From an uncultured Candidatus Saccharibacteria bacterium (GTDB lineage Bacteria; Patescibacteriota; Saccharimonadia; UBA4664; CAYXHD01), in assembly GCA_964585425.1 (NCBI GenBank), contig CAZPDI010000001.1, forward strand, positions 4,804-68,803: a DNA stretch of 64,000 bases, read 5' to 3'. The position numbers and the translations under genes were made by a program. The notes beneath the pieces are model-generated. The model had not been told where the DNA came from and made no database searches. It saw nothing but the letters and a program-made list of their open reading frames with translations. Below, piece after piece: positions 8,694-19,048 of the stretch (its first letter is position 1; each line of letters starts with the position of its first letter).

Positions 8694-9879
8694 TGAGCAC
8701 GTCGTCTTCGATGCGGACACCTATCCCCTCTTCGGCGATATAAATACCCGGCTCACATGTCAGCACCATACCGGCTTCGAAGACTGCTTCACGACTGCCC
8801 ACGTCATGAGCGTCAAGACCTAAAAAGTGTTAGGTAATATGTTTAAAATAACGACGATAAGCTGGCCAACCTAGCTCACCTTCTAACTCATCGGCCTTTT
8901 CTAAAGTTTCAAATAATCCAATCTCAACCAACGTATTAGCCATGATCTGAGCCGCTTGGCGTTCAAATTCGTTGAATTTGACTCCTGGTTTCATCAAAGC
9001 TAATGCCTCTTGCTGGACCAATCGGACTGTATCTATAATCTGCTGTTGGCGTTCACTCAACTCATCAATCGAAAACGTTCGCGAGATATCCGCCGCATAA
9101 CCTTCGACTTCGACGCCGACATCAAACAAGACCAGATCACCCTTATTCATTTTAGTCGCATCTGGCTGATGATGAATAATACAGGTATTTTTGCCAAATG
9201 AGATAATAGGCGGGAAGGCTTGCTCATAGCCTCGCGCGCTACAAAATTTAATAAATTCGGCAGCTATTTCTCGCTCAGTAACCCCCACTTTCAACAATGA
9301 TTTGGCGTGAGCTATGGCTAGATGCGTCTCAGATATAGCCTGGGATATCACATCAACTTCTTCATCAGATTTAATCACGCGCAAATTTTCTATTTCGGGA
9401 TTGATCGCCGCCAACTCTACATCTGGATGAGATTCTTTGATCAGGTTCCATAACTGCCAAGCTGCTATCTGACTCACTGCAGTATCTGGCATGTCTATAT
9501 ACACAATTTGTGGCGAATCCTTCAGGAGCTTTGCTATCAGCTCATCTCGCTCTTTATACTCCTGGATCGAATCTATACCGCTCTGAGTCCTCAGTTCAGC
9601 AATCTGATTGCTACGCCCCTCCCAGACTGCCATAAAGGGATGGAGCTGTGTAATGTACAGCTCTTCAATAATACGCTCATCCTGGGTCTTTTTAAGCACC
9701 AAAATCGCATCTGGCTGACTGATACCGGTCAGATACAAAAAATTATTACTCTGCCGGAACGGATAGGTGGCGTCGGCAGTACGCTCAATCTCTGAATTAC
9801 CCGCCAGTATAAGCATACTATCTGGAGCCATAGTGGCCGCTATCTGTTGACGCCGATGTAGATAAGTCGCGCTATTCAT
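8644..9879 (-). pseudogene. pepP: Xaa-Pro aminopeptidase (M24B, PepP-like) interrupted by one in-frame TAA at 8830-8832
   Basis: The track ORF 8830..9879 ends ..YFKHIT*. The same frame continues [61 protein letters not shown] to TAG 8644-8646. That stretch carries the conserved M24 metal-ligand blocks (GLDxHD, EPG, RIED). Confidence 0.75.
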
Positions 9880-9906
9880 ACCTCTATACTACCATGTCAA
9901 AACCTA

Positions 9907-9936
9907 TTGACATTACTATCACTTGGGAAGATAATA
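9907..9936 (+). promoter_or_regulatory. Candidate promoter of GC-rich cassette 1a
   Basis: TTGACA (9907-9912), an 18-nt spacer, then ATAATA (9931-9936). A 5' stem-loop TGAGCGT/ACGCTCA at 9948-9966 follows. Confidence 0.5.
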
Positions 9937-9977
9937 TCACACATGTTTGAGCGTCTCTGACGCTCAGATAGAAACCC

Positions 9978-10318
9978 GACAAAGCCAACCTACTACCCCG
10001 AAAGAGGTCCCGTGACCAAAATCACGAACCGCAGCATCGCTCCTGCTGGCAGCATCTCCCAGATCGCTCAGCTCCACCAGGACGGAGAGATCGACCGCGA
10101 CCAGACCACTCAGGTGATCGAAGTGGTTGCGGAACATGCCGCAGAGGCGCCAAACACCTGTCCGCGCTGTCAGCGCGCCAACTGCCCAGTGACGAGGGGC
10201 GGCAACTGCCAGTTGCCAGACATGAAGGTGGTGGATCACCTGGTTCGTCAGCTGCAGACCTCCAACTGATCTCGAGTCGGTCCTATGGGATCGAGGGGCG
10301 ACGAGGCTTGGCTTTGTC
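9978..10318 (+). repeat. 11-bp perfect inverted repeat bracketing cassette 1a (leader versus 3' hairpin loop)
   Basis: GACAAAGCCAA at 9978-9988 and TTGGCTTTGTC at 10308-10318. The 3' copy lies in the loop and 3' arm of the hairpin GGGGCGAC(10295-10302)/GTCACCCC(10316-10323). Confidence 0.7.
10012..10269 (+). CDS. GC-rich ORFan, 85 aa, with a C-terminal Cys cluster (CPRCQRANCPVTRGGNC)
   Basis: GTG start 5 nt after the SD AAGAGG. GC3-rich codons. No recognisable family. Confidence 0.55.
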   Translation: MTKITNRSIAPAGSISQIAQLHQDGEIDRDQTTQVIEVVAEHAAEAPNTCPRCQRANCPVTRGGNCQLPDMKVVDHLVRQLQTSN

Positions 10319-10335
10319 ACCCCCTTATAAAATAG

Positions 10336-10364
10336 TTGACTTTACATGATTATTAAAGTATAGT
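10336..10364 (+). promoter_or_regulatory. Candidate promoter of GC-rich cassette 1b
   Basis: TTGACT (10336-10341), a 17-nt spacer, then TATAGT (10359-10364), inside an AT-rich 80-nt spacer between two GC-rich ORFs. Confidence 0.6.
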
Positions 10365-10403
10365 TATTGTCATGCTTGCATACGAAGTATGCGCGCACCT
10401 TAC

Positions 10404-11207
10404 GACAAAGCCAACAACTACACCGAAAGGGGTCCCGATGGGATCTTCTGGAATTCTGGGGTTTCCCAAGGCTGCACACCGCGCCCCCACCATCAGCGAG
10501 GGGTACCAGGAGTACGTCGAGGAGATGACCGGCCTGGCCGTGTGCATGATCTGCGATAGCGGAACATGCCCCGGCGCCAGTGGACGCGCTTGCCCCTATG
10601 AACTCGACGTCTGCACCGTCTGCTGGCAGCTCGACTGCATTAGCGTCTTCGGTCACGACTGCCCTTCGGAGGAACGCTGCAACAACTGCGGTCACCTCCG
10701 GAACGAATTCGGCCATTACAGCAACTGCTCAATGCCCACAATGAAGCTGTGCGACGAGTGCGGGAGCGCAACCTGTCGCGTCAACCCGCCAAAGGAAATG
10801 CGAGAGGAGTACCCGTCGGACTACAATCCGTACTGGGATGACCACCACAGCATCTTCGATACGCTGGGCTGCCTCTTGGGTAGCCCGATCAGCGAGGAAG
10901 AACGGATCGCGGAAGAGATCGCATCGTGTTGGGCTCCGCGCACCGACCAGATGTCCCGAGATCGAGTACGGCAACAGATGCTGAGAACATGGATTGATCG
11001 TGATCTGGACAAAGCAGCTGAGGAAGCTCAGCAGCGCGCCGACCAGATGTCCCAGTCCATGCATCAGCTCACCGAGCTTGCGGACGACTACGACGACGGA
11101 CTGATCTCCGAGAACGTGGTTCTGATGCTCCTCCGGGCTGATCATCGCGGTGTACGGCTCTCCGGGTGACCTTTGAGGGTCGGTGAGCGTCAAGGCTTGG
11201 CTTTGTC
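10404..11207 (+). repeat. Second copy of the same 11-bp inverted repeat pair, bracketing cassette 1b
   Basis: GACAAAGCCAA at 10404-10414 and TTGGCTTTGTC at 11197-11207. The 3' copy lies in the hairpin GGTGAGCGTC(11182-11191)/GTCACTCACC(11205-11214), whose 13-nt loop aAGGCTTGGCTTT is conserved. Confidence 0.7.
10438..11169 (+). CDS. GC-rich ORFan, 243 aa, Cys-rich N-terminal half (14 Cys, four CxxC pairs) and acidic helical C-terminal half
   Basis: The start was moved to ATG 10438, behind the SD GAAAGGGG; the track start 10372 lies in the promoter. CxxC pairs are CMIC, CTVC, CNNC and CDEC. No family recognised. Confidence 0.55.
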   Translation: MGSSGILGFPKAAHRAPTISEGYQEYVEEMTGLAVCMICDSGTCPGASGRACPYELDVCTVCWQLDCISVFGHDCPSEERCNNCGHLRNEFGHYSNCSMPTMKLCDECGSATCRVNPPKEMREEYPSDYNPYWDDHHSIFDTLGCLLGSPISEEERIAEEIASCWAPRTDQMSRDRVRQQMLRTWIDRDLDKAAEEAQQRADQMSQSMHQLTELADDYDDGLISENVVLMLLRADHRGVRLSG

Positions 11208-11275
11208 ACTCACCTAAGTGTATATACACGATAAATACATTTAGGTGAGTATTATTAAGATAAACACAACTTCTA

Positions 11276-11304
11276 TTGACAAATAGGGTTTAGTTTGCTA
11301 TACT
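11276..11304 (+). promoter_or_regulatory. Candidate promoter of GC-rich cassette 1c
   Basis: TTGACA (11276-11281), a 17-nt spacer, then TATACT (11299-11304). Confidence 0.65.
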
Positions 11305-11365
11305 TATGCGCAATCTGGTGGAACACCCATCCGATAGAACACAGACCACAACCCAAGGAAAGCCC

Positions 11366-12103
11366 ATGTCTCAGCTCGTCATCGTCCAGGGCCCCAAGCC
11401 CCGCACGTCCGCGGTGTCCGACAAGGATGCCCACAACCTCCGCCTCCAGGCGGACAAGGTGCTGGCCAGGCACCGCGGTGATCTCCCCCAGGAGATCGTC
11501 ACGCAGCTGACCAGCCCGATGCCCGGCATCGTGGGCATGGGACTGCACGACGCGGCCTCCTGGATCAAGCAGCGCACCGCCAACCTCAAGCTGCAGTACG
11601 TGCAGCAGCACCCCGACTGCGAGGCGGCCATGGCCCTCAAGACCCGAGTCGACAACGTCCTCAACGGCGAGTTCGGCGACAAGGTCAAAAAGAGCCTCGA
11701 CATGCGTGGTCAGCGCATCCTCGAGCTGGACCTGTACCAGATCTTGAGCACCGACCAGCTGAAGAGCTTCGCCCACTTCGTCAAGAAGGCCGAGGCAGTC
11801 GAGGGTCGCTTGCAGACCGAGAAGGCACGCAAGGCGGTGCCGGCCCAATCGCTCCAGATGCTGTTCCCGTCCAAGGAGAAGCGCGAGCGCAAGCCGAAGA
11901 AGGTCAAGCCGGCCTACGCCGGTCTCCCCGCACCGTCCACCGGGATCGTCACCGACTGGAAGAGCGACGTCGGCAGCGTCGGTGCCCCGAACCCCCAGGG
12001 TCCGGCGCCGGCACGCGGCGTCACCCTCCGCAAGTCCGACAAGGCTCGCGCCAAGGGAGTGAAGGGTGGTGGCGTCAAGACCCGTCCGGGGCGACGCAAC
12101 TGA
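11366..12103 (+). CDS. GC-rich ORFan, 245 aa, with a Lys/Arg/Pro/Gly-rich basic C-terminal tail
   Basis: The start was moved to ATG 11366, behind the SD AAGGAAAG; the track start is 11306. The tail reads KEKRERKPKKVKP..KARAKGVKGGGVKTRPGRRN. No family recognised. Confidence 0.55.
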   Translation: MSQLVIVQGPKPRTSAVSDKDAHNLRLQADKVLARHRGDLPQEIVTQLTSPMPGIVGMGLHDAASWIKQRTANLKLQYVQQHPDCEAAMALKTRVDNVLNGEFGDKVKKSLDMRGQRILELDLYQILSTDQLKSFAHFVKKAEAVEGRLQTEKARKAVPAQSLQMLFPSKEKRERKPKKVKPAYAGLPAPSTGIVTDWKSDVGSVGAPNPQGPAPARGVTLRKSDKARAKGVKGGGVKTRPGRRN

Positions 12104-12119
12104 CCAGTTGATCTGCGTT

Positions 12120-12153
12120 CCCCGAGTCATGACATCGTCGTCATGGCTCGGGG
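12120..12153 (+). terminator. GC-rich hairpin closing cassette 1c, convergent with the uvrA 3' end
   Basis: CCCCGAGTCATGAC-atcgtc-GTCATGGCTCGGGG forms a 14-bp stem with one G-U pair. No clear U tract follows. Confidence 0.5.
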
Positions 12154-12163
12154 GATCAACACT

Positions 12164-15016
12164 TTATGACTTATTAGAAAATATACGATTCAAGTAAATA
12201 CCGGTATGGCTGCCTTTTACTTTGGCGACTTTTTCGGGGGTACCTTCGGCTATAACGGTACCGCCACCAGCACCACCTTCGGGGCCCATGTCGACGAGCC
12301 AGTCGCTGGATTTGATGATGTCCAGATTATGTTCGATAATCAGCACTGAGTTACCAGTATCGACGAGACGGTTGAGAACCTGCAGGAGACGTCGGACGTC
12401 TTCGAAGTGCAGACCGGTAGTCGGTTCGTCGAGGATGTAGAGAGTTTTACCGGTGCTACGGCGGCTTAGCTCGGAGGCGAGTTTAATACGCTGAGCTTCG
12501 CCACCACTAAAGGTTGTGGCTGATTGACCGAGGTGAATATAGCCCAGGCCGACATCATTAAGGGTTTCGAACTTGCGGCGAATGGCTGGAATGTTTTCGA
12601 AGAACGCCACCGCTTCTTCGACAGTCATGTCCAAGACTTCGCTAATGTTTTTACCTTTATAACGAATTTCTAAGGCTTCACGGTTATAACGTTTGCCCTT
12701 ACATTCGTCGCAGGTTACATAAACGTCTGGCAAGAAGTGCATTTCGATCTTGATAATACCGTCACCACGGCAGACTTCGCAGCGCCCACCCTTGACGTTA
12801 AAACTAAAGCGCCCGGCTTTATACCCACGAATCTTGGCTTCGGGCGTGGATGCAAATAATTCACGAATGTTGCTAAAGACGCCAGTGTAGGTAGCCGGAT
12901 TAGATCGCGGTGTGCGACCGATTGGCGATTGATCAATACTGATGACTTTGTCCAGATTCTTGAGGCCTTCAATGTCATCGTGTTTGCCAGGAACATCGCC
13001 GGCTCGATGATATACTTGCGCGAGTTTCTTGGAAAGAATGTCGTTAATCAGGCTTGACTTACCAGAGCCCGACACACCGGTAACCGTCGTCATCATGCCC
13101 AGAGGCAATGATACATCGATGCCTTTAAGATTATGCTCGCGGGCATTTTTAATAACTAAGTGCTTGCCATTGCCTGGTCGGCGCTTTTTAGGTATCTCAA
13201 TTTTACGAGCACCACTAATGTACTGGCCGGTTAAACTTTCTTTAACTTTGGCAACTTCGTCTGGCGTACCGGCAGCCACCACGTTACCGCCGTGTTTACC
13301 AGCAGCTGGGCCGATATCGATCACGTAATCGGCCGTGCGGATAGTGTCTTCGTCGTGTTCGACGATAATGACGGTATTACCAAGATTGCGTAGACGCTCC
13401 ATGGTGACGATCAACCGATCATTGTCGCGTTGGTGCAGACCAATGCTTGGTTCGTCCAGGATGTAGAGTACGCCCATCAGACTGGAGCCAATTTGCGTAG
13501 CCAAACGAATACGCTGAGCCTCGCCACCAGCTAGGGTGTTAGCACTGCGATCAAGCGTAAGGTATTGCAGGCCAACATCCTGCAAAAAGCTCAGACGCGC
13601 GCAAATCTCTTTCATGATTTGTTTGGCAATCACTTGATCTTTTTCGCTAAGTTCCAAGCCATCGAAGAACTCTACAGCGTCGCCAATACTATAGGTTGTC
13701 ACATCCGCGATGTTTTTACCGTTGACGGTAACGGCCAACACTTCGGGCTTGAGGCGCTTGCCTTCACACACCGGACAAGGACGTTCGGCCATGTACTTTT
13801 CGATTTCCTTGCGCACAAAGTCACTATCGGTGTCATGATATCGTCGCTCCATATTGGGAATGACGCCCTCAAATGTTGACTGATAGGTACGGCCGCCTGG
13901 ACCGCGTACTGGAATCTTCTCGTCCCCTGTTCCGTACAAAATCGTCTTGAGGTCGTTGGGTTTCATGGCGTTTACGGGCGTATCAATACTAAATCTAAAC
14001 TTATTAGCCACACCATTGAGTAGTTTGGTATACCACGTCATCCGACTCGTAGTACGACTCCATGGGCGAATAGCTCCTTCGTTAATGCTGAGGCGACGAT
14101 TTGGGATGACAAGCTCAGGGTCAACTTCTAAGCGTATACCAAGTCCCGTACAGTGCGGGCAGGCACCATGCGGTGAGTTAAAACTAAAGTTACGGGGAGC
14201 AATTTCTGGAAAACTGATCTCGCGGTGCACCGGACAGGCAAAGTGCTCGCTAAAGTCTTTTTCTTCATCAGTATCCACAAAGTGAACCTTAACGATGCCG
14301 TCACCCAGGCCCAACGCTTGTTCCACCGATTCGCTCAATCGCTTAACGACATCTTCGGCAATAACCAATCGATCGACGATGGCCTCTACGGTGTGCTTTT
14401 TTTGTTTATCGAGATCCGGGAATTCATCAATATCATATAGAGTGCCGTTAACCCGCAAGCGCGAATACCCAGCTTTTTTAAGTTCTTGCACGACACCGCG
14501 ATGCTCGCCCTTTTTGTCGCTAACTACTGGCGCAATAATCATGATTTTAGAATCTTGCGGGGATTTCATGATTTGGCTCACAATTTGATCGGCCGATTGT
14601 TTGGTGACTTCGCGACCGCAGACGGGACAATGTGGCACGCCAACGCGCGCGTACAAAAGACGCAAATAATCATAAATTTCCGTAACGGTACCAACCGTAC
14701 TGCGCGGATTACGGCTCGACGATTTTTGATCAATAGAAATCGCTGGGCTCAGACCGTCAATTTGATCGACGTCTGGTTTTTCCATAAGACCCAAAAACTG
14801 CCGGGCGTAGGCACTTAGGCTCTCGACGTAACGGCGCTGACCTTCGGCATAAATGGTATCGAATGCCAAGCTAGACTTGCCTGATCCAGAAAGGCCAGTA
14901 ATAACGACCAGCTTATCGCGTGGAATCTCCACGTTAATATTTTTGAGATTATGCTCCCGGGCACCACGAACTACGATTTTGTCATGCATAACAGACGGTT
15001 CTCCACGGTGACTCAC
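12164..15016 (-). CDS. uvrA: Excinuclease ABC subunit A
   Basis: 950 aa with two ABC ATPase modules ([18 protein letters not shown]) and zinc-finger Cys clusters. The true start may be the internal Met at 14989. Confidence 0.95.
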   Translation of the reverse strand: MSHRGEPSVMHDKIVVRGAREHNLKNINVEIPRDKLVVITGLSGSGKSSLAFDTIYAEGQRRYVESLSAYARQFLGLMEKPDVDQIDGLSPAISIDQKSSSRNPRSTVGTVTEIYDYLRLLYARVGVPHCPVCGREVTKQSADQIVSQIMKSPQDSKIMIIAPVVSDKKGEHRGVVQELKKAGYSRLRVNGTLYDIDEFPDLDKQKKHTVEAIVDRLVIAEDVVKRLSESVEQALGLGDGIVKVHFVDTDEEKDFSEHFACPVHREISFPEIAPRNFSFNSPHGACPHCTGLGIRLEVDPELVIPNRRLSINEGAIRPWSRTTSRMTWYTKLLNGVANKFRFSIDTPVNAMKPNDLKTILYGTGDEKIPVRGPGGRTYQSTFEGVIPNMERRYHDTDSDFVRKEIEKYMAERPCPVCEGKRLKPEVLAVTVNGKNIADVTTYSIGDAVEFFDGLELSEKDQVIAKQIMKEICARLSFLQDVGLQYLTLDRSANTLAGGEAQRIRLATQIGSSLMGVLYILDEPSIGLHQRDNDRLIVTMERLRNLGNTVIIVEHDEDTIRTADYVIDIGPAAGKHGGNVVAAGTPDEVAKVKESLTGQYISGARKIEIPKKRRPGNGKHLVIKNAREHNLKGIDVSLPLGMMTTVTGVSGSGKSSLINDILSKKLAQVYHRAGDVPGKHDDIEGLKNLDKVISIDQSPIGRTPRSNPATYTGVFSNIRELFASTPEAKIRGYKAGRFSFNVKGGRCEVCRGDGIIKIEMHFLPDVYVTCDECKGKRYNREALEIRYKGKNISEVLDMTVEEAVAFFENIPAIRRKFETLNDVGLGYIHLGQSATTFSGGEAQRIKLASELSRRSTGKTLYILDEPTTGLHFEDVRRLLQVLNRLVDTGNSVLIIEHNLDIIKSSDWLVDMGPEGGAGGGTVIAEGTPEKVAKVKGSHTGIYLNRIFSNKS

Positions 15017-15131
15017 ATGTCACGTTAGGCTCAAATTATACACAGTTTAGACGAACTTTACAAGTCTCTACAAGCGCTTTCAACAGATATAACTATGTCA
15101 AAAGTGTTCATTATGAATGACAATTTAGTTA

Positions 15132-15938
15132 TTACTTATTTGTAGCAAACTTTTCGTTATAGATGGCGCTGGCTCTATTCCCCATACGGTCTTGGATAGT
15201 TCGTAATTCTGTCCGAACGTCATCATTAACCTGTCGAATTTGTCGACGCACACCCTCGACCACATTCTGTCGTAGGTCCTGAGCAGATATGTCAAAACTG
15301 CTCCTATTACCAGCGTCAGTAATATCCAATGACCCCTGTTGAATTGCGGACAGTTGACTTGCGATAGCATCAATATCTTGTTCATACGAGTCAGCCGCAG
15401 AAGAAACTACAAATCGTAAATTATCTAATGCGCCGAACAATTGCGAATCATTATTACGATACGCTTGAGTATCGGTAGCTCGCAATAACGTGTCTGCACT
15501 GTCGCTGCCAAGTGTTTCGGTGACAAACAATTGTTTACGGACTTCTACGCTACCTGCCCTGGTATCCTTTGAAGGCTGATCTTTGTCAGGCTCCTCCATG
15601 TCTTTGACGGCGGTCTGAATTCGAGTAATTAAGCCTTTAATACTCGTTTCCAGTGAGGTACCATCTGCTAATTCTTGTAGTCGTGGCAATTCTTCGGCAG
15701 CTAACTTATGCAATGTGACGGCTTGCGCGGCGATCACCTCAGTAAACTGATTTACGTCATCTATTACTTGATTAAAATCATTTTGATACTCTCTGAGTAA
15801 GTCTTGGATCTTTTCTTCACTAAACTGGGTTACTTCTTCTGGGGCGGATTCAACAATAAGTTCGCTAGCGTCTACCGCTGGCGTTATTGCTTCGGAATGA
15901 TCTTCGTTTTCTGGTCCATTTGCTCCTTGTTCTGGCAT
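15132..15938 (-). CDS. Acidic helical hypothetical protein
   Basis: 268 aa, the longest ORF in the gap between uvrA and uvrB. No motif recognised. Confidence 0.45.
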   Translation of the reverse strand: MPEQGANGPENEDHSEAITPAVDASELIVESAPEEVTQFSEEKIQDLLREYQNDFNQVIDDVNQFTEVIAAQAVTLHKLAAEELPRLQELADGTSLETSIKGLITRIQTAVKDMEEPDKDQPSKDTRAGSVEVRKQLFVTETLGSDSADTLLRATDTQAYRNNDSQLFGALDNLRFVVSSAADSYEQDIDAIASQLSAIQQGSLDITDAGNRSSFDISAQDLRQNVVEGVRRQIRQVNDDVRTELRTIQDRMGNRASAIYNEKFATNK

Positions 15939-15941
15939 CTT

Positions 15942-17921
15942 CTATCTCCTTTTGGCTTTCTTTAATTCTTTTAAATCGGCAATTTGATCGCGCAACGCAG
16001 CAGCTTTTTCGAACTGTAAATTTTCTGCCGCAAGATCCATTTGAGCGGTCAGTTCTTTAATAAGGCGACCACGCTCTTCCTGAGGTATTTCTTTAGTGTT
16101 GAGCTTTTGAATATCTTCGACCTCAGCTTCTTTTTCGGCCTGCATACGTTCGGCCAATGCCTTCTTGATTCCAGCTGGCGTGATGCCATGCTCTTTATTA
16201 TAAGCCTCTTGTCGCTCACGACGTTCACGAGTAGTGGTGATGGCTCGGTCCATAGATCCGGTAATGTTATCGGCATACATAATTACGCGACCTTCGACGT
16301 GACGTGCCGCACGCCCCATGGTCTGGATCAAGGCTGATTCACTACGCAGGAAACCTTCTTTATCGGCATCCATAATAGCGACGAGTGACACTTCGGGCAG
16401 ATCAAGCCCTTCTCGGAGAAGGTTAATACCGACTAGGACGTCGTATACGCCTAGTCGCAGATCATGAAGAATATCAGTTCGATCCAAGGTATGTACTTCG
16501 CTGTGGAGGTACTGAACTTTAATACCTGCTTCTTTGAGGTACTCGGTTAAATCCTCGGCCATGCGCTTAGTAAGGGTAGTCACTAATACGCGCTCGTGTT
16601 TGGCGATTGTGTCGCGGATCTCGCCCATAAGGTCATCAATCTGGCCTTTGATTGGGCGGACATCGATTATCGGATCAAGAAGGCCGGTGGGGCGAATTTC
16701 TTGCTTGGCGATTTGTTTACTGACGCTCAGTTCGTAATCACTAGGCGTGGCCGATACATAGATAGCCTTGTTGATATGACGATCGAATTCGGCAAAGTTC
16801 AGTGGGCGGTTATCCAGGGCACTGGGCAGGCGGAAGCCATAATCAACCAAGGTAGTTTTACGAGCCCGATCACCATTAAACATACCGCGGACCTGCGGAA
16901 TCGTGATGTGACTTTCATCCACAAACATTAAAAAGTCGTCCGGGAAATAATCGAGCAAAGTTGCTGGCTGCTCACCGGCTTCGCGATCGCTTAAGTAACG
17001 CGAGTAGTTTTCGATACCACTCACAAAGCCAGTTTGCTCCAGCATCTCCACATCAAAATTAGTGCGCTGTTCAATGCGCTGGGCTTCGATCAGTTTACCT
17101 TCTTGTTTGAACTTAGCAACTTGAATCTCGAGATCAGCCTTAATATTGGTAATGGCATTACGCAGCTTTTCCTGGGGCGTTACAAAGTGTTTACCCGGAA
17201 AGACCTTGAGGTTATCGAGCTTCTTAACTACTTCGCCGGTGAGGGGGTCAACTTGTTTGATGTCGTCAACTTCATCGCCGAAGAACTCGACGCGATAAGC
17301 TGTTTCCTCGCCAATCGGAAAAATGTCGACATTGTCGCCACGTACGCGGAAGGTACCACGATGAAAGTCGGTATCGTTGCGCGTATATTGAATATCCGTC
17401 AGTTGGCGGAGCATTTTGTCACGCTTACGGGCAGTCCCTTTTTGGATATCCATGGTTAGAGCGGTATAGTCGGCTACATTTCCTAGACCATAAATACAAC
17501 TCACACTGGCGATAATAATGACATCCTTACGAGTCAACAAGCTCATGGTTGCGGCGTGACGCAGTCGATCAATTTCTTCGTTAATCGACGAATCTTTTTC
17601 GATAAAGGTATCACTACGAGCAATGTACGCTTCCGGCTGGTAGTAATCGTAGTAGCTCACAAAGTACTGTACAGCGTTATCTGGGAAGAATTGCTTAAAT
17701 TCGCTATACAGTTGGGCTGCCAATGTTTTATTGTGACACAGGACCAACGTGGGCTTTTGTTGATCTTGAATAATATTAGCCATCGTAAACGTCTTACCCG
17801 AGCCAGTTACACCGAGTAAGGTTTGGTCGCGATAATTCTTTTGCAAACCATCTACCAGCTCGCCGATCGCTCGGGGCTGATCACCAGTCGGTTTGTAATC
17901 ACTTTTAAGGGTAAACTTCAT
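15942..17921 (-). CDS. uvrB: Excinuclease ABC subunit B
   Basis: 659 aa with helicase motifs ([14 protein letters not shown]) and a C-terminal UVR motif ([15 protein letters not shown]). Confidence 0.95.
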   Translation of the reverse strand: MKFTLKSDYKPTGDQPRAIGELVDGLQKNYRDQTLLGVTGSGKTFTMANIIQDQQKPTLVLCHNKTLAAQLYSEFKQFFPDNAVQYFVSYYDYYQPEAYIARSDTFIEKDSSINEEIDRLRHAATMSLLTRKDVIIIASVSCIYGLGNVADYTALTMDIQKGTARKRDKMLRQLTDIQYTRNDTDFHRGTFRVRGDNVDIFPIGEETAYRVEFFGDEVDDIKQVDPLTGEVVKKLDNLKVFPGKHFVTPQEKLRNAITNIKADLEIQVAKFKQEGKLIEAQRIEQRTNFDVEMLEQTGFVSGIENYSRYLSDREAGEQPATLLDYFPDDFLMFVDESHITIPQVRGMFNGDRARKTTLVDYGFRLPSALDNRPLNFAEFDRHINKAIYVSATPSDYELSVSKQIAKQEIRPTGLLDPIIDVRPIKGQIDDLMGEIRDTIAKHERVLVTTLTKRMAEDLTEYLKEAGIKVQYLHSEVHTLDRTDILHDLRLGVYDVLVGINLLREGLDLPEVSLVAIMDADKEGFLRSESALIQTMGRAARHVEGRVIMYADNITGSMDRAITTTRERRERQEAYNKEHGITPAGIKKALAERMQAEKEAEVEDIQKLNTKEIPQEERGRLIKELTAQMDLAAENLQFEKAAALRDQIADLKELKKAKRR

Positions 17922-17944
17922 ACCCTAAGTATAGCACTGTCCAG

Positions 17945-19036
17945 TTAGTCTTTACCTATACCCTTGAGCACTACAGCGGTTTTGATTCCATCCGGTAATG
18001 GTTCTCCCTCGTGTCCCATTTCTGCCCAACGCAGTTGCATTCTTTCCTCAATATGACTAAGTCTTTCAGTTTTATCTTGATATATATTTCTAAACGATTC
18101 AGGGTCAGGATCCATTTTTGAACGCAAAAAAGGTGATACCACCTCTACTGCCAGCACGACTTTTATATAGGATTTTTCAGTAACGAGCTGTAATAGCTTC
18201 TTTAAGTAAACAGTTTCAGTTGCATCGACGCGCAATGTATATGTTAAATCAGGATATTGAAGATGAAGCTGATCAATTTGCTGCAAAGTTTCGTCATAGG
18301 TTAAAGAGTTAACGTCATCATAAACAATCGTCTCTGCATCGCGTAGCCCGACCTCGTCTAGTATTAAAGCCTCAGCATAACCTCGGTAACTGTCGTTTTC
18401 ACCGGTTTGTCTACGTTGACTCTGTAATTCCCTGCTGCGTAAGGCACTCATCATGTCAACCGGAGGTTCGCCAGTTTGCAAGCTATCCCCAGTAGTATAA
18501 ACTGATCTGTTACTCACATCTTCTTTAAAAACAATTTCAACTGGCCCATAACTTTGTGCCAGATCCTGCTCCCCCAGTAGATCTACATCTTCTAAAAAAC
18601 CATGGATGATTTCTGATCCGTCCTCCTGTCGTAATCCATATTTTTCCTCATAATCTCGACGAACTTTTTGATATGAGTCCATATTGGTACGCGCTCCGCC
18701 CTGGGTTATACCGGTATCGAAGAAAGATTTGAGATCACCACCTGAGTCAATTAATTTGTTAAAATTTTCTCTCGAGATACGGTGTGCCACACGCACAAAC
18801 GGCTCACGCTCTTGAGCTCTTTCGATGATCGTTTTAGCTACTTCAGAATCTTTTATTCCCCACTGTCGAGAAAACCCTGCAACATCATCAGGATATGGCC
18901 GTTGGATTTCTTGAGCCCGCTTTTCGGCACGCTCATGTCGGCCAACAATGAGCATGCCGTGTAGCTCTTGATTAAAATCCGGATTAGCAGAATCTTGATC
19001 ACCAAGCAGATTGTTATCTTGAAGTGTCTCAACCAT
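17945..19036 (-). CDS. Hypothetical protein
   Basis: 363-aa ORF with backbone composition. No motif recognised. Confidence 0.45.
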   Translation of the reverse strand: MVETLQDNNLLGDQDSANPDFNQELHGMLIVGRHERAEKRAQEIQRPYPDDVAGFSRQWGIKDSEVAKTIIERAQEREPFVRVAHRISRENFNKLIDSGGDLKSFFDTGITQGGARTNMDSYQKVRRDYEEKYGLRQEDGSEIIHGFLEDVDLLGEQDLAQSYGPVEIVFKEDVSNRSVYTTGDSLQTGEPPVDMMSALRSRELQSQRRQTGENDSYRGYAEALILDEVGLRDAETIVYDDVNSLTYDETLQQIDQLHLQYPDLTYTLRVDATETVYLKKLLQLVTEKSYIKVVLAVEVVSPFLRSKMDPDPESFRNIYQDKTERLSHIEERMQLRWAEMGHEGEPLPDGIKTAVVLKGIGKD

Positions 19037-19048
19037 ACGTCAAGTATA

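Noticed and set aside
10342-12130. Long antisense or alternative-frame ORFs inside the GC-rich segments. Examples are 10342..10716 (-), 10729..11193 (-), 11273..12130 (-), 44440..44898 (-), 54740..55342 (+), 56683..57138 (+) and 57259..57708 (+).
   Set aside because: High-GC DNA lacks stop codons in non-coding frames. These frames have no SD or promoter and give low-complexity Arg/Gly/Ala/Pro-rich translations. They overlap ORFs with proper starts, leaders and, for the pyr genes, clear catalytic motifs.
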